Positions 14,125 through 16,267 of a DNA stretch of 16,267 nt are shown here, piece after piece. The stretch spans positions 1 to 16,267 of the IMG/VR virus record IMGVR_UViG_3300045988_100154. One strand, 5' to 3'. Both the position numbers and the translations under genes were made by a program. Each line of letters begins with the position of its first letter. The first letter of the stretch is position 1. Under the pieces are notes generated by a model that saw nothing but the letters and a program-made list of their open reading frames with translations, was not told the origin of the DNA and did no database searches. Source of the stretch: a virus.

Positions 14125-14138
14125 GGAGGGATAGCAAA

Positions 14139-16121
14139 ATGGCAGATAAACCAACGATTCCAGATTTTCCTACGTTGCCAGAGTTAGGGCGGATGATTAC
14201 GCAAGCTTGTAAAGTTGTCGCAAGTGTGCGGGGGATTCCATATGATTTCAACGGGACTTTGAGTCTGGAAAATAAATTTGTTGTGCTGTTTAAAACGGTA
14301 AAAGAGATGTTTGACGCGCAGGACGAACTTGTGAAAAGTTACAAGGCGTTATATGATTTTATCAATCAGTATTTTACTAATCTCGATTTACAGAACGAAG
14401 TAAATAAGAAAATCGAAGAACTGAAAAACAGTGGAAAACTTATTACTCTAATGAAACCGGCTATAACAAACGAAGTGTCAACATGGCTGACAGCTAACAT
14501 CGCTAACCCATCAAACCCACCACTTGACAAGACGTTAACTGTAGAAAATGCCGCCGCAGAGTCTAAAACTACGGGTAACAAAATTGAAAAATTAACGAAT
14601 GATATGTCTTGTTTGATGCATAAAGATTTTAATTTATTAAATAATAAGTATATAGATTTTTCAGACGGCAAAATATACAACTACCTCATTGTTGATCTAC
14701 TAAGTGCTACTGATTATATTGAAATAAGTACATTATCATCGTACATTTGTTTATACAATTTAAAATATAATGAGGATAACGTAGCAGGAATTGCCTTTTA
14801 TGATTCTGGCAAAAAATACATTACTGGATATAAACTTTTTAATTTATCAAATAAAATTAAAATCCCGCATAATTCACGCTATTTACGTGCAACAATTCCT
14901 TATAAGTGCATCAACAATTTCGGAATTTCATATTTGGATAATAATAATAAAATAAACACTTTTATTTCCGGCACAAACACACAAATTGATAACTTAGATC
15001 TCTATAAATTATCAGCAGTTCGAACTATTGATTGTGATTTTATCAAAATTGGTAAAAACTTATTTAACAACAGCACAGTTACAGTCGGTTATTATGTCGA
15101 CCCGGGAACAGGAAAACTACTAGAAAATCCTGATTTTTGGACAAGTGACTTTATACCAGTGGAACCAAACACAACATATACACTTCGGTATAAGAACCAA
15201 GCCTCACAATATGATGAAAATAAAAAGTCTTTAGGTGATTTTACACTCGATTACAGTGAGACTACATCAGCAGCGTCAATAACAGCCACGACAAAGCCAA
15301 AAGCAAAATACGTGCGAATATGTGGGTCATTAAATCAGTTAACTACCGATCAATTTGAAAAAGGTGATTCATTCACTTCTTACGAAGCATTTTCACAAAA
15401 AATTGAAAGTAGTTTAATACCGACATTAAAATCAAAAACACTTGCAAATATTATTTATAAAATATTCGCTGGAAACAATACACGAATTAAATTAGTCGGT
15501 GACAGTATTATGCATGGACAAGGCGGCACTGGTTTTACTCAAAACGGAGAATATATTGCTACTGTTTTTGGCAATAAATACTACAGAAACCCAAACGGAT
15601 ATTGCTGGGCAAACTTATTTAAAGCATATCTTGAAAGTAAATTCAGTTGTAGTGTTACAAACAATGCCATTTTAGGAACTTCTTTCAAAGAATTAAATGA
15701 AAATTTTAACACTTTAATAAGTAGTGATGATGATATTGTGATTTGTATGTATGGCACAAATAACCGTAATTCATTACCAGCAACTACCGGTTGGATTCAA
15801 AGCGTAATCAACAAATGTAATGCTTTAAATTTAGATTTAATACTTATGACTCCAATTCCTGCAAGCGTGAAAAATGAGGAACAATATACAAATCATATCG
15901 AAGATATATGCAATACAATAAAGACAGTTTGCATCAATAATAATGTTCCATTTGTTGATACAAACCAGATTATGCTTGACTATTGCGAATACAGGAATGT
16001 AGATATTAATACATTATTAGCAGATGGTTTACATCCGAATGATGAGGGATATCTTATTCTCTTTAATGCAGTTTGCAAAGTATTAGGCATTACTAGAAAA
16101 GTCACCGGAGCAACATGGTAA
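14139..16121 (+). CDS. Tail appendage / receptor-binding protein with a C-terminal SGNH (GDSL) esterase domain (660 aa)
   Basis: ATG 14139 follows AAGGAGG; the track start at 14094 lies inside the previous gene. SGNH blocks are VGDSIMHG (GDS codons at 15498-15506), ILGTS, YGTNN, and DGLHPNDEGY (from 16023). Two repeated beta-sandwich-like modules lie upstream of the esterase. The gene occupies the phi29 gp12 position. Confidence 0.75.
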   Translation: MADKPTIPDFPTLPELGRMITQACKVVASVRGIPYDFNGTLSLENKFVVLFKTVKEMFDAQDELVKSYKALYDFINQYFTNLDLQNEVNKKIEELKNSGKLITLMKPAITNEVSTWLTANIANPSNPPLDKTLTVENAAAESKTTGNKIEKLTNDMSCLMHKDFNLLNNKYIDFSDGKIYNYLIVDLLSATDYIEISTLSSYICLYNLKYNEDNVAGIAFYDSGKKYITGYKLFNLSNKIKIPHNSRYLRATIPYKCINNFGISYLDNNNKINTFISGTNTQIDNLDLYKLSAVRTIDCDFIKIGKNLFNNSTVTVGYYVDPGTGKLLENPDFWTSDFIPVEPNTTYTLRYKNQASQYDENKKSLGDFTLDYSETTSAASITATTKPKAKYVRICGSLNQLTTDQFEKGDSFTSYEAFSQKIESSLIPTLKSKTLANIIYKIFAGNNTRIKLVGDSIMHGQGGTGFTQNGEYIATVFGNKYYRNPNGYCWANLFKAYLESKFSCSVTNNAILGTSFKELNENFNTLISSDDDIVICMYGTNNRNSLPATTGWIQSVINKCNALNLDLILMTPIPASVKNEEQYTNHIEDICNTIKTVCINNNVPFVDTNQIMLDYCEYRNVDINTLLADGLHPNDEGYLILFNAVCKVLGITRKVTGATW

Positions 16122-16208
16122 TATTACTAAAGTTACACATATAATCAACTAGCCAACCGCAGAGCAAACTCGGAGCGGTGACACCGGAGGGCAGGCGCGG
16201 ACATGGAA

Positions 16209-16267
16209 TGTCCGTCACCCGGAGGGCAACCGCCTCCGGCGGCCACTGGCTGACAACCGACCGATCA
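16209..16267. repeat. Right inverted terminal repeat (59 nt)
   Basis: It is the exact reverse complement of nt 1-59. It carries the mirrored hairpin CCGGAGG 16219-16225 pairing with CCTCCGG 16233-16239. Confidence 0.9.

Noticed and set aside
135-14138. Upstream-extended starts given by the ORF track at 135, 893, 6882, 7398, 9493 and 14094.
   Set aside because: In each case an in-frame start further downstream sits 6-10 nt after a clear AGGAGG-type RBS (201, 926, 6906, 7407, 9502 and 14139). The track start either lacks an RBS, sits inside the RBS, or overlaps the previous gene extensively.
1-16267. The terminal inverted repeat as an assembly or library artefact (fold-back chimera or adapter).
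   Set aside because: A fold-back artefact would duplicate sequence adjacent to the same end. Here the repeat links the two opposite ends of a gene-complete genome of a type that is expected to have ITRs. I do not recognise the sequence as a common adapter. This cannot be fully excluded without reads, so it is listed as a refutation test.

Overview
The window appears to be a complete linear genome of a small phi29-like (Picovirinae-type) podophage that replicates by protein priming. Its two ends are a perfect 59-nt inverted terminal repeat (1-59 = reverse complement of 16209-16267). All convincing genes lie on the + strand.

Gene order, left to right:
- An AT-rich cassette of five small early ORFans behind a sigmaA-type promoter that carries palindromic operators.
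- A replication module: a candidate terminal protein followed by a family-B DNA polymerase with all Exo and Pol motifs.
- An internally promoted pair of genes (a 78-aa protein and an SSB-like protein) that ends in a strong intrinsic terminator.
- About 150 nt of repeat-dense non-coding DNA downstream of that terminator, inside a ~300-nt gap.
- A gp16-like packaging ATPase.
- A second strong promoter with a structured leader.
- A lysis cluster: a holin-like protein and two paralogous Pal/Amidase_5-type cysteine hydrolases.
- The structural block: scaffold, major capsid, gp9-like tail knob, gp10-like portal, lower collar, and an appendage or receptor-binding protein ending in an SGNH/GDSL esterase.

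I saw no integrase, repressor, tRNA or CRISPR array, so a virulent phage is likely. The AGGAGG ribosome-binding sites, TTGACA/TATAAT-type promoters and SH3-tagged lysin point to a Gram-positive (Firmicutes) host.

The most unusual points are:
- GC-rich, hairpin-forming ITRs with no terminal nucleotide reiteration.
- An asymmetric structured right subterminus.
- Phased 10-11 bp iterons upstream of the ATPase gene.
- A three-way-junction-like RNA element just downstream of the ATPase gene.
- Sharp compositional mosaicism at the early cassette and in the receptor-binding gene.

All functional calls come from motifs read by eye. No database search was run.
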